DNA of 64,000 bases from an uncultured bacterium (lineage in GTDB: Bacteria; Auribacterota; Erginobacteria; Erginobacterales; CAZKCI01): positions 1,017-65,016 of the forward strand of contig CAZKCI010000013.1 in assembly GCA_964551475.1 (NCBI GenBank), read 5' to 3'. Positions within the stretch are counted from its first letter, which is position 1. Every line of letters begins with the position of its first letter. The position numbers and the translations under genes were made by a program. A model generated the notes under the pieces. It saw nothing but the letters and a program-made list of their open reading frames with translations. It ran no database searches and had not been told where the DNA came from. Below, in pieces: positions 17,918 through 26,292 of this stretch.

Positions 17918-19369
17918 ATGACCACGGGGGCGGGGAGCCCCGCGGCGCGGGCGGGGTTGATGGCGACCGCCTTCTCGCTCTCCTACGTGTTTAACCAGCC
18001 CCGCCACGCCTGGACGGCGATCGCCTTCTCGGCCCTCTGCCTGACCGTCATCAACCCCTTGGTTCTCTTCCAGGCCGGCTTCCAGCTCTCCTATCTCATC
18101 GTCCTGTCCATCATCGCCCTCTCTCCCGTTTTCGCTTCCGGGATGGTGTTCCTTCCCCCCTCTTTCCGTCTCTGGCTGGCCGTCCCCCTGGCCGCCCAGC
18201 TCGGCTCGCTGCCCCTGACCGCCCACTATTTCCAGTCCTTCTCGCCCCTGTCTCTCCTCGCCAACTTGCTGGTCATCCCCCTGGTCGGCGTCATCGTGAA
18301 CATGGGGTTCATCGCCCTGCTGGCGGGGCTGATCTCGCCCACGCTCGCCCTGCTCCTCAATTATCCGAACCGTGCCCTGCTCGCGCTCAACCTCGCGATC
18401 GTCTCCTCACTCTCCCGTCTCCCCGGCGCCTCCTTTTCCGCCTCTTTCGCCGATCCTTCGTTCGTTCTCGCCTGGTACCTGGGCCTCCTGGGACTCTCCC
18501 GCTGGAGATATTTCGCCGGACGCCGGAAGGTCGGCGCCGCCGCGGCGGCGGGGATTGTCCTCATCGCTTTGTCCGGGGGGTTGCTCCGCCGTCCCGCGGC
18601 GGGGATGGAAGCGGTCTTTTTCAGCGGCGAGAGCGGGGATATCGTCTTCGTCTCGCTCCCCGGAGGGAAGGGAATCCTGATCGCTCCCGACGCCGATCCT
18701 TTCCGGGAGGCCGACGGGATCCTGCGCCCCTTTTTCACCGAGCGCGGGATCAGGCGGCTCGACCTGCTCATCCTCACCCAGGCCAACACCGGACGGCTGG
18801 GCATGCTGAACGGCATCCTCCGCTTCGCCGCGGTGGACGAGATCTGGGATCATCCCTACGGAGCATCGGCGCTCTCCCATCCCGCCTTTCTGCGCCGCGT
18901 GCGGGAGGAGGGGATTCGCTATCGAAGACTGCGCGCGGGGGATCGGCTCCCGATCGGCGGGGCGGAAGTTTCCGTGCTCTGGCCGTCCGCCGAGAAACCG
19001 CCCGTTTTCACGAACGACCTGTCGCTCGTCTTTTCACTCACGTTCCGGAAGACCGCGTTCCTCTTCCCGGCGCAGGCGGGGAAGGCGGCGCAGGAGGAGA
19101 TGGTCCGCCGGCATCCCGATCTGAAAGCGGCTGTCCTGGCGGCGCCCGCGCGGGGAAGCCGCTCCCGGACGGACGAGATGTTTCTGAAGGCGGTATCGCC
19201 CCGTCTCGCCGTCCTCTCGCAGGGGAAGAAGTATTTCGGGAGATACCCCGCCGACTGCGGGGATTATCTCGCAAGACTCGGCGCGGATGTCCACCGGACG
19301 GGCGAGGAGGGGTGCGTCATCGTCCGGAGCGACGGGGAGAAGGTATGGGGGGAGAGAAATGATAAGTAG
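17918..19369 (+). CDS. comEC: ComEC/Rec2 C-terminal portion (second half of competence domain plus metallo-beta-lactamase domain); N-terminal half missing
   Basis: TGAGSPAARAGLMA...FQAGFQLSYL aligns to the mid ComEC competence domain; C-terminal MBL-like region; upstream reading frame closed within 16 codons (antisense to recombinase); conserved SGLH segment absent. Confidence 0.75.
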   Translation: MTTGAGSPAARAGLMATAFSLSYVFNQPRHAWTAIAFSALCLTVINPLVLFQAGFQLSYLIVLSIIALSPVFASGMVFLPPSFRLWLAVPLAAQLGSLPLTAHYFQSFSPLSLLANLLVIPLVGVIVNMGFIALLAGLISPTLALLLNYPNRALLALNLAIVSSLSRLPGASFSASFADPSFVLAWYLGLLGLSRWRYFAGRRKVGAAAAAGIVLIALSGGLLRRPAAGMEAVFFSGESGDIVFVSLPGGKGILIAPDADPFREADGILRPFFTERGIRRLDLLILTQANTGRLGMLNGILRFAAVDEIWDHPYGASALSHPAFLRRVREEGIRYRRLRAGDRLPIGGAEVSVLWPSAEKPPVFTNDLSLVFSLTFRKTAFLFPAQAGKAAQEEMVRRHPDLKAAVLAAPARGSRSRTDEMFLKAVSPRLAVLSQGKKYFGRYPADCGDYLARLGADVHRTGEEGCVIVRSDGEKVWGERNDK

Positions 19370-19406
19370 GTTCAAGGGTGCAAAGGTTCAACGGTTCAAG
19401 GGTGGG
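19369..19406. repeat. direct repeats of GGTTCAAGGGTG / GGTTCAAC immediately upstream of PLD gene RBS
   Basis: aGGTTCAAGGGTGcaaaGGTTCAACGGTTCAAGGGTGgggg; same GGTTCA core as the hairpin at 35943-36019. Confidence 0.5.
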
Positions 19407-19411
19407 GGAAG

Positions 19412-20416
19412 ATGAAACGAATATCTTCCGTCGTCTTCATCGCTCTGGCGCTGGCAGGTTCGACGTGCGAGCAGAGGCGGAAGGAATCAGGTCCCGCTCT
19501 TCTCCCCTGGTGCCGGGTCTATTTCACGCCCCGCGACCCGGCGGGCGACTATTTGGCGGCGCTGCTCGACGCCGCCCGGGAGAAGGTTTACGCCGCTTTC
19601 TACAGCCTCACGCTGCCGGAGGTGGCCGATTCCTTCCTGCGGGCGAAGAAGCGGGGAGTGGACGTGCGGGTGGTGATGGACGACCGGGAGGCGGCCTCCC
19701 CGGAGGCGGAGCGGCTGCGCGCGGGAGACTGCCTCGCCGTCGATTCGTCGCCGGCGGACTTCATGCACGACAAGTTCATGGTCATCGACGGCTTTCTCTC
19801 CTGGACCGGATCCTACAACCCGACCGCCACCGGGAGCCTCTATGACGACAACAACGTGGTCGTGCTCGCGTCCCGGGAGATCGCCCAGCTTTACGAGGAG
19901 GAATTCCTGGAGATGTGGAGCGGAAAATTCGGCAAATCGTCGATGCGGCCGACCCGTTTTCCGGAGCGGGAAGCCGGGGGCGTTCTCGTGGAATGCCGGT
20001 TCTCTCCCGAGGACGACTGCGCGGGGCGGTTGATCGCCCTCATCCGCGAGGCGCGCGAGTCCGTCCGCTTCGCCGTCTTCGCCTTCACGCTCGTCCCGGT
20101 GGCCGAGGAGCTGGTGAAGAAGCACGCCGAGGGGGCGGACGTGAAGGGCGTTTTCGAGAAAGGGCAGGAGAGCCCCTACTGCTGTTTCCGCATCCTCGAA
20201 GAGTGCGGCGTCCCGGTCCGCTGGGACCAGAACCTCCACTATCTCCATCACAAGTTCTTCGTGATCGACGAGACGACCGTGATCACCGGATCCTTCAACC
20301 CCTCCCGGCACGCCCAGGCGGCCAACGACGAGAACCTCCTGATCATCCGCCATCCCGGCGTGGCGCGGAAATTCCTGGAGGAGTTCGAGCGTCTCTGGGA
20401 GAGACATTGGGAATAG
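19412..20416 (+). CDS. secreted phospholipase D / Nuc-like family protein with two HKD motifs
   Basis: Signal peptide; two HxK(x)4D motifs (FMHDKFMVIDG..GSYNPT and YLHHKFFVIDE..GSFNPS). Confidence 0.8.
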   Translation: MKRISSVVFIALALAGSTCEQRRKESGPALLPWCRVYFTPRDPAGDYLAALLDAAREKVYAAFYSLTLPEVADSFLRAKKRGVDVRVVMDDREAASPEAERLRAGDCLAVDSSPADFMHDKFMVIDGFLSWTGSYNPTATGSLYDDNNVVVLASREIAQLYEEEFLEMWSGKFGKSSMRPTRFPEREAGGVLVECRFSPEDDCAGRLIALIREARESVRFAVFAFTLVPVAEELVKKHAEGADVKGVFEKGQESPYCCFRILEECGVPVRWDQNLHYLHHKFFVIDETTVITGSFNPSRHAQAANDENLLIIRHPGVARKFLEEFERLWERHWE

Positions 20417-20417
20417 G

Positions 20418-21719
20418 GTGGATATTCTCCGCCCGGAGGGTATCCTCCCTCGCAGGGCGGGAATGAGAAAGACCGGGGACACGACGGCGTTTCAGCTTAT
20501 CGAATTTCCCCCTTCCGCCGCCATCCTCGCCCTCGGGGGTGAGAAGGGGCGTTTCTGCTTGGCGCGCGGAGGCGAGGCCTTTCTCAGCGCCGATTTCGGA
20601 AGCCTGGAGGAGACGAGGAATTTTGTTCGCTATCGGAAGTCTCTTTTCGCGATCGTCCGCTCGCTCGCCTTTCGCCCGGAGATCATCGCCCACGACCTGC
20701 ACCCCGATTATCTCGCCACCCGCTTTGCCCGGAAACTCGCCTTGTCCCGTTTTCCTTCCGCCGCTCTCACCGGCGTCCAGCATCACCACGCCCACATCGC
20801 CGCCGTCCTGGCCGAGAGGGGAGAGAGGAGGCCGGTCGTCGGACTGGCCTGGGACGGGACCGGCTACGGGGAAGACGGGACGGTCTGGGGCGGGGAAACG
20901 CTGATTGTCGACCGCGGCGGCTATCGGCGGGTCGGCGGTCTTGCGGCCGTGCCGATGCCGGGAGGGGAGAAGGCGGTGGAGGAACCCTGGCGGATGGCCG
21001 TCTCTTATCTCTACCGCGCTTTTGGGGGTGAATTTCTAGACCTCGATATCCCCTTCGTCCGCCGCCTCCCGCGCCGCTCGTCCTCCCTTCTCCTCTCGGC
21101 GCTGGAGAAAGGGATCAACGCGCCTCGGTGCTCCAGCATGGGCCGCCTCTTCGACGCGGTCGCAGCCCTCCTCGGCCTCGACGGCGGCGTCGCCTCAGGC
21201 CTGCCCGCCGGAGCGCCCGGCGCGAAGGCGGGAGAGGCGCCGCGACAAACCGATGGAGGAGCGGCGGCGCCGGCGCTGGAGAAATCAAGCGCGCCAGGCG
21301 AATACCAGGCCTACCCTTTCACTCTCGCGTGCCGTCGAGTCCCCTTCACCGTCGATTGCCGTCCGCTTTTCCAGGCGATCGTCGGCGATTTGCGCCGGGG
21401 CGTTTCCCGGCCGGTCGTCGCCGCCCGTTTCCACCGGACGGTGATAGAGATAGGAGCGGCCTCGGTGGCGGCGGGGAAAGGCGGCCTCCGGCGGGTCGCG
21501 TTGGCCGGCGGCGTTTTTCAGAACCGGATCGTCCGGGAAGGATTATGCCAACGGTTGCGGGGGAAGGGATTCGAGGTTATGTTGCCGGAAGCGATCCCCG
21601 TCCACGACGGAGGAATCGCCGTTGGACAAGCCTGGGTGGCATGCCAAAAATCCGAAACCCGACTATCGAAATCCGAAACCAAGGACCAACGCTTGCGATG
21701 TGTCTCGCCGTCCCCATGA
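20418..21719 (+). CDS. hypF: HypF C-terminal (Kae1-like) domain-only protein; lacks acylphosphatase, Zn-finger and YrdC domains
   Basis: IIAHDLHPDY, VQHHHAHIAAVLAE, GLAWDGTGYGEDGTVWGGE, LAGGVFQN and PVHDGGIAVGQAWVA are all colinear with the HypF C-terminus; 433 aa against about 750 for full HypF. Confidence 0.75.
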   Translation: MDILRPEGILPRRAGMRKTGDTTAFQLIEFPPSAAILALGGEKGRFCLARGGEAFLSADFGSLEETRNFVRYRKSLFAIVRSLAFRPEIIAHDLHPDYLATRFARKLALSRFPSAALTGVQHHHAHIAAVLAERGERRPVVGLAWDGTGYGEDGTVWGGETLIVDRGGYRRVGGLAAVPMPGGEKAVEEPWRMAVSYLYRAFGGEFLDLDIPFVRRLPRRSSSLLLSALEKGINAPRCSSMGRLFDAVAALLGLDGGVASGLPAGAPGAKAGEAPRQTDGGAAAPALEKSSAPGEYQAYPFTLACRRVPFTVDCRPLFQAIVGDLRRGVSRPVVAARFHRTVIEIGAASVAAGKGGLRRVALAGGVFQNRIVREGLCQRLRGKGFEVMLPEAIPVHDGGIAVGQAWVACQKSETRLSKSETKDQRLRCVSPSP

Positions 21720-21940
21720 AGATCGTCGCGGTGAAGGGAACCGCGGCTGTCGTCTCGCTCTCCGGATTGAGGAAGGAGATCGACGTCCGGTTCCTCGACC
21801 GGCCCCGCCGGGGGGACTACGTGCTGGTCCACGCGGGCTTCGCCATCGCCCGGGTCGGAGCGTCGGAGGCGAAGAAGACACTCGCCCTCGTCCGCCGGGC
21901 CGCCGCCCTGGCCGCTTCGTCGGGGGCGGGGCATCGTTGA
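21698..21940 (+). CDS. hypC: hydrogenase maturation factor HypC (80 aa)
   Basis: Begins MCLAVP; GDYVLVHAGFAI motif; overlaps the end of the hypF-like gene. Confidence 0.85.
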   Translation: MCLAVPMKIVAVKGTAAVVSLSGLRKEIDVRFLDRPRRGDYVLVHAGFAIARVGASEAKKTLALVRRAAALAASSGAGHR

Positions 21941-22020
21941 CGGGACCGGGCGCCCCTGTCCCGTTTTAAATTCCTTCCGCGCCCGAGTTCGGCTACAGTA
22001 GCGGACAATTCATCACGGCC

Positions 22021-22353
22021 ATGGAAATCCGCGACGCCCAGAAAAAAATCGCCTTTCTCCTCGGAGAGATGGCCCATCCCCGCCTCGGCTCCTTCACCGC
22101 CCTGGTCGAGGAGGTCGGGGAGATCGCCGACCAGGTGATGAAGATCGAGATTTACGACGAGAAGAAGGACACGGCGGATCTCGCGGGGGAGATGGCGGAT
22201 GTCCTGGTCAGCCTCTGCGAGCTGGCCAACGTCTACGGGATCGACCTGAGCCGCGCCTTCGACGAGAAAATCGCCGCGCTGGGACCGCGGGCGGAGGAGT
22301 GGAAGAAAAAGCTCGTCGAGGTTCTCCGGGAGAAGCGCCGCCGGCTCGATTGA
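22021..22353 (+). CDS. MazG-like nucleotide pyrophosphohydrolase domain protein (110 aa)
   Basis: EEVGEIAD...EMADVLV acidic helix pair typical of small MazG/NTP-PPase proteins. Confidence 0.65.
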   Translation: MEIRDAQKKIAFLLGEMAHPRLGSFTALVEEVGEIADQVMKIEIYDEKKDTADLAGEMADVLVSLCELANVYGIDLSRAFDEKIAALGPRAEEWKKKLVEVLREKRRRLD

Positions 22354-22354
22354 T

Positions 22355-22787
22355 CCGCGGAAACGAAAATATATTTGTCGACGGAAGAAGCGGAATTGTC
22401 TTGAATCCTTTTCCAGGGGCGGCTATCATCGGCGCGCTTTCGCGGGGAGTACAGGGGGCTTGTGGATAACTTGTTGATAATGTCGGCCGCCCCCGCCCGC
22501 GTCATCGTAAGTGACTAGAAGCAAGAGGATAAGATGGGGACGTTTTATTGGCCGGTCCGAGTGTCAGAAATATGAAATTGCGCCGTCGGCGCGCTATCGT
22601 ATCGCTTTGGACGGCAAATAGATCGGAACATACAGCGACGGGGGGCAGGGGGTTTCCCGTCGATGGGAAAAGGCTGAAAATCGCGGCCGTCAGGCCGAAG
22701 GAATAGGTCGGGAAGGGGCTGTCGCTGCGCCGGCGGCGGTGGGTGTGGATAAAAGCAAGAATTGCCGCGCCCTTTCCCCGGGAGAAA
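22355..22787. promoter_or_regulatory. candidate oriC / dnaA promoter region with DnaA boxes
   Basis: TGTGGATAA at 22461-22469 and 22744-22752, TGTTGATAA at 22472-22480, short AT-rich tracts (22361-22380, 22560-22585), immediately upstream of dnaA. Confidence 0.5.
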
Positions 22788-24128
22788 ATGATTGTGCAGA
22801 CGCTGACCAAGGAGCTCCTGGGTCATTTGCGGGCGCGTCTGGGGGAGCAGAATTTTCAGACCTGGATCTCCCCCATCCGTCTGACCGACTGGAAGGACGG
22901 CGTCCTCACCATCGAGGTTCCGAGCAAGTTTTTCCGCGATTGGCTCGAGGAGCATTACCGGGGGCTGATCGAAGAGACCGGCCGCGGCATCATGAACCGC
23001 CCGGTGGCGGTCAACTTCCTGATCGGCGCGCATCCGCCCGAGCTCACGGAAGAGCCGGTCGCCCGTCCCGCCCACGCCGTTCCCGGGCCGCTTCGCCTCT
23101 GCGAGCTCAACCCCAAGTATTCCTTCAACCGCTTCGTGGTCGGCCCCTGCAACAGCTTCGCCCACGCGGCGGCACTGGCGGTGGCCCAGCGGCCGGGAAA
23201 GTCCTACAACCCGCTCTTCATTTACGGCGGGGTGGGGTTGGGCAAAACCCACCTGATGCAGGCGATCGCCCAGGAAGTGATCAAGGGCAACCCCGCCGCC
23301 ACGGTCCTCTATCTCTCCAGCGAGTCCTTCACCAACGAGTTCATCAACGCCATCGCCAAGAACACCACCGACCGTTTCCGGAAAAAATATCGCTCGGTGG
23401 ACCTGCTCCTGATCGACGACATCCATTTTATGAGCGGCCAGCCGCGGACCCAGGAGCAGTTCTTCCACACCTTCAACGCCCTCTGGGACTCCCACAAGCA
23501 GATCGTCCTCTGCTCCGACCGTCCGCCCAAGGAGATCCCCGACGTCGAGGAGCGGCTGATCTCGCGCTTCGAATGGGGCCTGGTGGTGGACCTCCAGCCG
23601 GCCGAGCGGGAGACGAGGATCGCCATCCTGCGCAAGGAGGCCGAGTGGTCCGGGATCGCCATGCCCGACGAGATCATCGATTTCATCGCCGACCGGATAA
23701 AGTCGAACATCCGCAAGCTGGAAGGCGCCTTCATCCAGGTCGCCTCCTACGCTTCCCTCACCAACGTTCCGCTCTCCCGGGAGGTGGCCGAGATGGTCCT
23801 GGGGGGGATCATGGAGGACGAGGTGGAGCGGGCGGTGACCATCGACGAGATCCAGCGCACGGTGGCCGAGTTTTTCGACATCCGGGTGGCGGACATGAAG
23901 TCCTCGCGCCGGCCCAAGAGCATCGCCTTCCCCCGCCAGGTGGCCATGTACCTCTCCCGCGGACTGACCCGCTCCTCGCTCAACGAGGTCGGCGAGTCGT
24001 TCGGGGGGCGTGACCACACCACGGTTTTGCACGCCTGCTCGCTGATCGAGAGCCGCAAGGGGCTCGACGGCGATTTGGCCAAGACCCTCTCCTTCCTCGA
24101 AGGGAAAATCAGGAAAGCTCCCCGCTGA
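22788..24128 (+). CDS. dnaA: chromosomal replication initiator DnaA
   Basis: Walker A GGVGLGKTHL, AAA+ and C-terminal DNA-binding domain motifs; start at ATG 22788 (GGGAG RBS) rather than the GTG at 22743, which overlaps a DnaA box. Confidence 0.95.
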   Translation: MIVQTLTKELLGHLRARLGEQNFQTWISPIRLTDWKDGVLTIEVPSKFFRDWLEEHYRGLIEETGRGIMNRPVAVNFLIGAHPPELTEEPVARPAHAVPGPLRLCELNPKYSFNRFVVGPCNSFAHAAALAVAQRPGKSYNPLFIYGGVGLGKTHLMQAIAQEVIKGNPAATVLYLSSESFTNEFINAIAKNTTDRFRKKYRSVDLLLIDDIHFMSGQPRTQEQFFHTFNALWDSHKQIVLCSDRPPKEIPDVEERLISRFEWGLVVDLQPAERETRIAILRKEAEWSGIAMPDEIIDFIADRIKSNIRKLEGAFIQVASYASLTNVPLSREVAEMVLGGIMEDEVERAVTIDEIQRTVAEFFDIRVADMKSSRRPKSIAFPRQVAMYLSRGLTRSSLNEVGESFGGRDHTTVLHACSLIESRKGLDGDLAKTLSFLEGKIRKAPR

Positions 24129-24142
24129 GCCGGCCAAAGACT

Positions 24143-24185
24143 AAGGGACCAAAGGGACGAGAGAGTTCCTTCGGTCCCTTTTTTG
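24143..24185 (+). terminator. rho-independent terminator after dnaA
   Basis: AAGGGACC...GGTCCCTT stem followed by TTTTTT. Confidence 0.6.
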
Positions 24186-24470
24186 TCCTATCTGCTCAAC
24201 GGGATGTCGCCCCCGGCTCCGAAGTAGAAGAGGTTTCTCCCCCGGATCGAAAGCGGAGCCGCGCCCGCCTCCGTGCTGCGCACTGCGGCGGGCAGGGATT
24301 TCACGGATTTCACGGATTACAACGGCGCACAGATAATTCGCCCCGGGGAAGAGGCCCGTCCCGGTAATGCCGTTCAGGGATGATCGCGGCGGGCCTGGTT
24401 TATCTTGTCCGTCCATATCGTCCATCAGGTCCATTTCGTCCATTGCGTCCATGATCCTGCTATAATCGTC

Positions 24471-25712
24471 ATGGAGGCGACCATGATGGATCAGGCAGCG
24501 GAAGTCCGCGAGTACGTCAACACCGCCCAGGCCTATCTGCAGGAGCTCTGCGCGCTGGCTCCTCACCGGCGCACGGGTTCGGCGGGAAACCGCGCCGCGA
24601 CCGATTATTTCGCCCGGACCGCGAAAGACTGGGGCTACGAGATCGATGTCGCTACCTTCGCCTGTCTCGATCACCGGAGCGGGAAGGTCTCGCTGACCTC
24701 GGGCAAGGACTCTTTCCCCGTCGAGATCGGACCTTACTCGCCCGGTTGCGACATCAGCGCCCAATTGGTCCCGGTTTCCACCGGGGAGGAGTTGGAGAAG
24801 ATTTCCTGCCCAGGGAAGATCCTGCTTCTGCGCGGAGAGATCTGTTCCGAGCCCCTGATGCCGAAGAACTTCCCCTTCTACAACCCCGACCATCACAAGA
24901 AGATCTACTCCCTGATCGAGGAGAAAAGACCCGCCGCCGTTGTCACCGCCCCGCCGAAGAACCCGGAGATGGTAGGGGCGATCTATCCCTTCCCCCTGAT
25001 CGAGGACGGCGATTTCGACCTCCCCTCGGCCTACTGCGCGGCCGCGACGGGCGACGAGATCGCCGCTCATAGCGGTGAAGCCTTCAGCCTGAAGATCGAA
25101 GCCCGACGCATACCATCGACCGCCTCTAACGTGCTTCTCCGGAAGAACCCGAAAGCCGGGCGGAAGGTCGTCGTCAGCGCCCACATCGACACCAGGGAAG
25201 GGACGGTGGGGGCTTCCGACGACGGTTCGGGGACGGTGGTCCTGCTCCTGCTCGCCCGCCTCTTCCGGGATTACCGGGGTCCCCTCGGGATCGAGATCGT
25301 CGCCTTCAACGGGGAGGACAACTACAGCGCGGCAGGCGAGAAGGACTACCTCCGCCGCTTCGGCACCGGATTGAAGACCGCGCTGGTCGCCGTCAACATC
25401 GACGACGTGGGCTACCGGGAGGGGAAGACCGCCTTCTCCTTCTATGAGTGTCCGGAAGCGATCCAAAAGAAGGTGAAAGCCGCCTTCGGTTCTTACGGGG
25501 GATTGATGGAAGGGCCGCCCTGGTTCCAGGGCGATCACATGATCTTCGTCCAGGGAGGGACCCCGGCGATCGCCTTCACCGCCGAGAAGATGGTGGAGCT
25601 GATGGCGACGGTGACCCATACGGCCAGGGACACGCCCGATCTCATCGACCCGAAAAAGCTCGTCGAGACCGCGCTTGCCCTCCGCGACTTGATCGAGAAG
25701 CTCGGCGAATGA
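24471..25712 (+). CDS. M28-family zinc aminopeptidase; possible 5' extension to 24405 encoding a (VHx)5 N-terminus
   Basis: HIDTREGTVGASDDGSG zinc-binding motif; the ORF is open from 24405 through a 9-bp periodic repeat. Confidence 0.75.
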   Translation: MEATMMDQAAEVREYVNTAQAYLQELCALAPHRRTGSAGNRAATDYFARTAKDWGYEIDVATFACLDHRSGKVSLTSGKDSFPVEIGPYSPGCDISAQLVPVSTGEELEKISCPGKILLLRGEICSEPLMPKNFPFYNPDHHKKIYSLIEEKRPAAVVTAPPKNPEMVGAIYPFPLIEDGDFDLPSAYCAAATGDEIAAHSGEAFSLKIEARRIPSTASNVLLRKNPKAGRKVVVSAHIDTREGTVGASDDGSGTVVLLLLARLFRDYRGPLGIEIVAFNGEDNYSAAGEKDYLRRFGTGLKTALVAVNIDDVGYREGKTAFSFYECPEAIQKKVKAAFGSYGGLMEGPPWFQGDHMIFVQGGTPAIAFTAEKMVELMATVTHTARDTPDLIDPKKLVETALALRDLIEKLGE

Positions 25713-25886
25713 TGCCCGAGGATTGGCCCGGCAAATAATTTAACAGACGATCGAATAGGATGGGGCAGGCGGGCCGTCTGTATCCTACTCCATCCTATCC
25801 AATCGGCTGTTGAAAATGCCGAGCCGGCCCAGCCAAAGTGACGGCCTGGCCGCCGGAACGCAGTTCCGGCCGACAACGGCCAGCGG

Positions 25887-26141
25887 TCATTCGCCCGTCG
25901 GATTTCCTCCACCGGAAAGATCGCGGGCCTGTTCCAGGCGACTGTCCTGGCTCTCCACCGCCCGGTTCGCCGCCTTCCGGGTCCGCGCCCCCGCGTCCAG
26001 CACTCCGAGCGCCGGCTTCGACATCCCCGTGGGATTCTCCTCCGTCCGGTCCTCGCCTTTTCTCTCTTCGGCGCAGGAAGAGAGGAGAAGGGCAGACAGG
26101 CCGATCGCGATCAGGAACATCCTAATCAGGGCATCCTCCAT
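25887..26141 (-). CDS. small hydrophilic lipoprotein (84 aa)
   Basis: MEDALIRMFLIAIGLSALLLSSC signal/lipobox; divergent from the palindrome-containing promoter. Confidence 0.35.
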   Translation of the reverse strand: MEDALIRMFLIAIGLSALLLSSCAEERKGEDRTEENPTGMSKPALGVLDAGARTRKAANRAVESQDSRLEQARDLSGGGNPTGE

Positions 26142-26168
26142 ATGTTGAACCCCTCTCTCGGTCGCTAT

Positions 26169-26200
26169 AACACTTTCATTCCGATCGGAATGAAAGTGTT
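26169..26200. promoter_or_regulatory. perfect 32-bp palindrome AACACTTTCATTCC-GATC-GGAATGAAAGTGTT in divergent intergenic region (candidate operator)
   Basis: Exact dyad symmetry read directly from the sequence, between divergent small genes. Confidence 0.55.
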
Positions 26201-26292
26201 ATATAGAAAATATTTCAAGACAGCACCGACCAATGACGGCCAAAGCCTAATATTTGTCTCCCGCCGATCCCTCATTCACAAGGAGAAACCAC

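Noticed and set aside
17849-18226. 125-aa minus-strand ORF overlapping the comEC 5' end
   Set aside because: Gly/Glu/Arg-rich low-complexity translation. It is antisense to the ComEC membrane domain.
22545-24137. 530-aa minus-strand ORF and a 424-aa plus-strand alternate-frame ORF across the dnaA region
   Set aside because: They are antisense or off-frame to an unmistakable DnaA coding sequence. Long spurious ORFs are expected at about 68% GC because stop codons are rare.
24141-25619. 492-aa minus-strand ORF antisense to the M28 peptidase
   Set aside because: No motifs. The peptidase frame carries the canonical Zn-binding signature.
25763-25815. Hairpin AATAGGATGG...CCATCCTATCC after the peptidase gene as a terminator
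   Set aside because: 9-bp stem with a 21-nt loop and no downstream T-run. Too weak to call.
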